This document shows, in pieces, positions 61,546 to 64,000 of a stretch of DNA of 64,000 nucleotides. A program made the translations under genes and the position numbers. The DNA comes from Raja brachyura. Lineage: Eukaryota. The stretch is from the NCBI GenBank assembly GCA_963514005.1, contig OY740805.1, positions 24,118,001 to 24,182,000 of the forward strand, written 5' to 3'. The notes under the pieces were generated by a model. It did not search any database. It saw only the letters and a list, made by a program, of their open reading frames with translations, and was not told where the DNA came from. Numbering within the stretch: the first letter of the stretch is position 1; the number at the start of each line of letters is the position of its first letter.

Positions 61546-62841
61546 CTGTGACATCATCCGTCCATCTGAATATCCACTCACTCCACAAATCGGCTGGAGT
61601 ACGTCATCAAACAAATTCTTGTCAAAGTATCAATTGAAATCTGAAAAGTAATCAATATTTTAAATACCCTCAAATCCGTGATGATTTGAAAAAACACATA
61701 CAAGGATATCAAACTCTAACCTCAGATTTATTAGATGAAGGAATGAACAGAAAGGCAGAATCAAGCAATTTAATATCATATTTATATAATATAATTTTAA
61801 ATATAGAAACACCAACGACAGAGGCAATTAGAAAGGACTGGGAACAAGAATTATTGATAAAAAATTCCGAATGACAGATGTGAAAAAAGCCTATTATTAA
61901 TACATTAATGTTCGATTAATGTAAGGCATAACTTAATTCAATTTAAAATTTTACATAGATTATATTACTCGAAAACTAGACTAAACAAAATATTTCCAAA
62001 CATTTCCCCCATTTGTGACAAATGTCTAACTCAAAATGCCACTATAGCACATTCCTTTGTCTCCTGTACAAAACTTCATAAATTTTGGAATAAAATCTTT
62101 GGAACTTTTACAAAACTATTTAACATAAAATTGAACCCCAATACAGAACTGATTATCTTCGGATCAATGGAAGAGGGACGTAAGCTAACTACGTTCCAAG
62201 AATCTCTCTTTAATTATGGTTTAATAAAAGCAAAATAACCTATACTTAAATTTTGGAAAAACGCATCCACGCCAACGTTTAAAATGTGTATTTCAAATAT
62301 GTCGGAAACGTTACATCTTGAAGAAATGAGATTCCTCCTATTAGGCAACGTAGACCAATTCTTAAAGATTTGGTCTCCTTTTATCGACTTCTTACAAGCA
62401 TATGGTGCAACATAACCTTAGAAATTAAATGGTTCAGAACCGGGTGACGGGTGGGTAAAGATATTAAATAGGTATAATCTCTCCTAATTTCTCTTCCTTC
62501 TTTCTTTAAAAAAAAAAATCTCTTTAGCTTCTTCTTTCTGTCTCTCTCGCTATTAGTTTCTACTCTCTTGCCTATCTATCTCTTTTCCGGGCTTTTCTTA
62601 TTATATCACAAATTAGCATCATCGCAATTGCCTACGACACTCTCTATTTTCTTCTTTCTATCATTGTTCTTTTATTATTAAATTAAAAATAAGAAGTTGT
62701 ACAAGAACTGTAATATGTATGTATCAGGTACTTAGGTACCACATTACTGTATTTACTTCTAATGAAAAAAAGTATCAATTGAACGCGTGTACTTTACCAC
62801 CTACAAGGGCAAAGGCAGAAGACGCACCAGTGTACCAGTAC
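61546..62841 (-). pseudogene. Putative exon A of the unidentified gene relic (62841-62769 joined to 61623-61546), split by an L1
   Basis: After removing the L1 and one TSD: tttcattag|g YWYTGASSAFALVGGKVHAFN*YFDKNLFDDVLQPICGVSGYSDGRMMSQ|gtaagg; 151 nt, phase 2 to 0. Confidence 0.6.
61639..62768 (+). mobile_element. 5'-truncated L1-clade LINE with a 15-bp TSD
   Basis: WEQELLIK..LIQFKILHRLYYSK..CDKC..HSFVSC..FW (L1 C-terminal Cys-rich region); A-rich end; AAAGTATCAATTGAA at 61624-61638 and 62769-62783. Confidence 0.88.
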
Positions 62842-63099
62842 CTAATGAAATTGTTGTCATAAAGTTGTGCCGCACAGAAACAGGCCCTTCGGCCCACCAC
62901 ATTCATGCCGACCATTGCACCCATCTATGTTAATCCAACTTACCCTCTATCTCCTCCCAGAGCAGATTACTAGAGTTGTACTGCAAATCCATTTTGCTGC
63001 ACAACAGACCATTTCTTGTGAGTTATATGCATCATGTATGGACAAAGAAAATAGAGCAGGAATGGACAATTTGGTACTTTGTTCCTACCGTGTCTTCAG

Positions 63100-63277
63100 A
63101 TCAAATGTCTTTGGGATGTCTTTGGGATGAGGCCAGATCACCCGGAGAAAACCTATACGGTCACAGGGAGAGCGTGCAAGCTCCACACAGAAGGCACCCG
63201 AGGTCAGGATTGAACCCAGGTCTCTGGCGCTGTGAGGCAGTAGCAGTAGCTCTACCCGCTGCACCACTGTGTCGCCC
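63100..63277 (-). mobile_element. V-SINE 5' half
   Basis: gggcgacacagtggtgcagcgggtagag head on the minus strand. Confidence 0.75.
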
Positions 63278-64000
63278 ATATCAGCAAGTACTCTCTATCC
63301 CGCTGTAAAAAAATGTCTAACCTGGATACACTCAACGATTAGAATCCACACTCCACTGGGCTAAAATTAGCCTAATCGACTGAGTGGGCTCCAATATTAA
63401 GTGAATTCAGATACCAACAACCCTCTAATTAAACACTAAATTAAGTCTTATTCTGAAACTGAGAGAAGGGACTGCAGATGCTAGTTTTCAGAAAAAGACA
63501 CAAAGTGCTAGAGTAACTCTGCACGTCAGGCAGGATGACCAGAGAGACAGAGAATATTGCATTGTAATACTGTACCCTATATGCTGTTTAAAGATACAGC
63601 ATGGAAACAGACCTTACGCTTCACTGTGTCCACACCAACCATTGATCACCTGTTCACATTCGTTCCCTGTTATCCCACTTTCTCATCCACTATCTTCATT
63701 CAAAACAAGCACACTCAGCTGCCTTTAAATATCAACATTATCCACTTGCTCACCAGTTGGTGGTACAGTAGCGCAGCTGGTAGACTCACTGCTCACAGCG
63801 CCAGAGACCCAGGTTCAATCCTGACCTCTGAATCTGTCAGCATGGAGTTTGCACACTCTCCATGACGATGTTGGTTTTAGTTTGGAGATGCATCATAGAA
63901 ACAGGCCCTTCGGCCTACCGAGTCCACGCCAACCGTTGATCACCTGTTCACACGAGTTCTATGTTATCCGACTTTCTCATCCGGTCCCAACACATTAGGG

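Noticed and set aside
1-64000. CRISPR arrays, operons or other prokaryotic systems
   Set aside because: Sequence is vertebrate with spliceosomal introns; the recurring short motifs are dispersed retroelement parts, not regularly spaced repeats

Overview
Repeat-dense vertebrate genomic DNA, most likely from a cartilaginous fish (skate/ray-like). This is inferred from V-domain tRNA-SINEs that share 3' tails with CR1 LINEs and from a chondrichthyan-type beta-2-microglobulin. Host genes: (1) a complete 4-exon B2M gene on + (ATG 37960, stop 43060-43062, 111 aa) with a putative kappaB/S-X-Y promoter and two upstream immune-motif clusters (~26.2 kb and ~35.7 kb); (2) a tandem cluster of NAT8/camello-like GNAT acetyltransferase copies on - at 1-3540, one near-intact with a single frameshift and two relics; (3) a multi-exon gene relic on - (~56.3-62.8 kb) missed by the ORF track. 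Its exon phases match, its only stops are TGA, and one exon is split by an L1; I could not name its family. The rest is nested transposons: CR1 (one near full-length), RTE, Vingi, L1, Tx1, Rex/L2-like, Penelope with many minimal hammerhead-ribozyme motifs, a Gypsy relic, hAT-like elements, and two Harbinger-like MITEs inserted at the same TTA of two different SINE copies. All calls are from manual reading with no database searches, and repeat boundaries are approximate unless a TSD or splice site is given.
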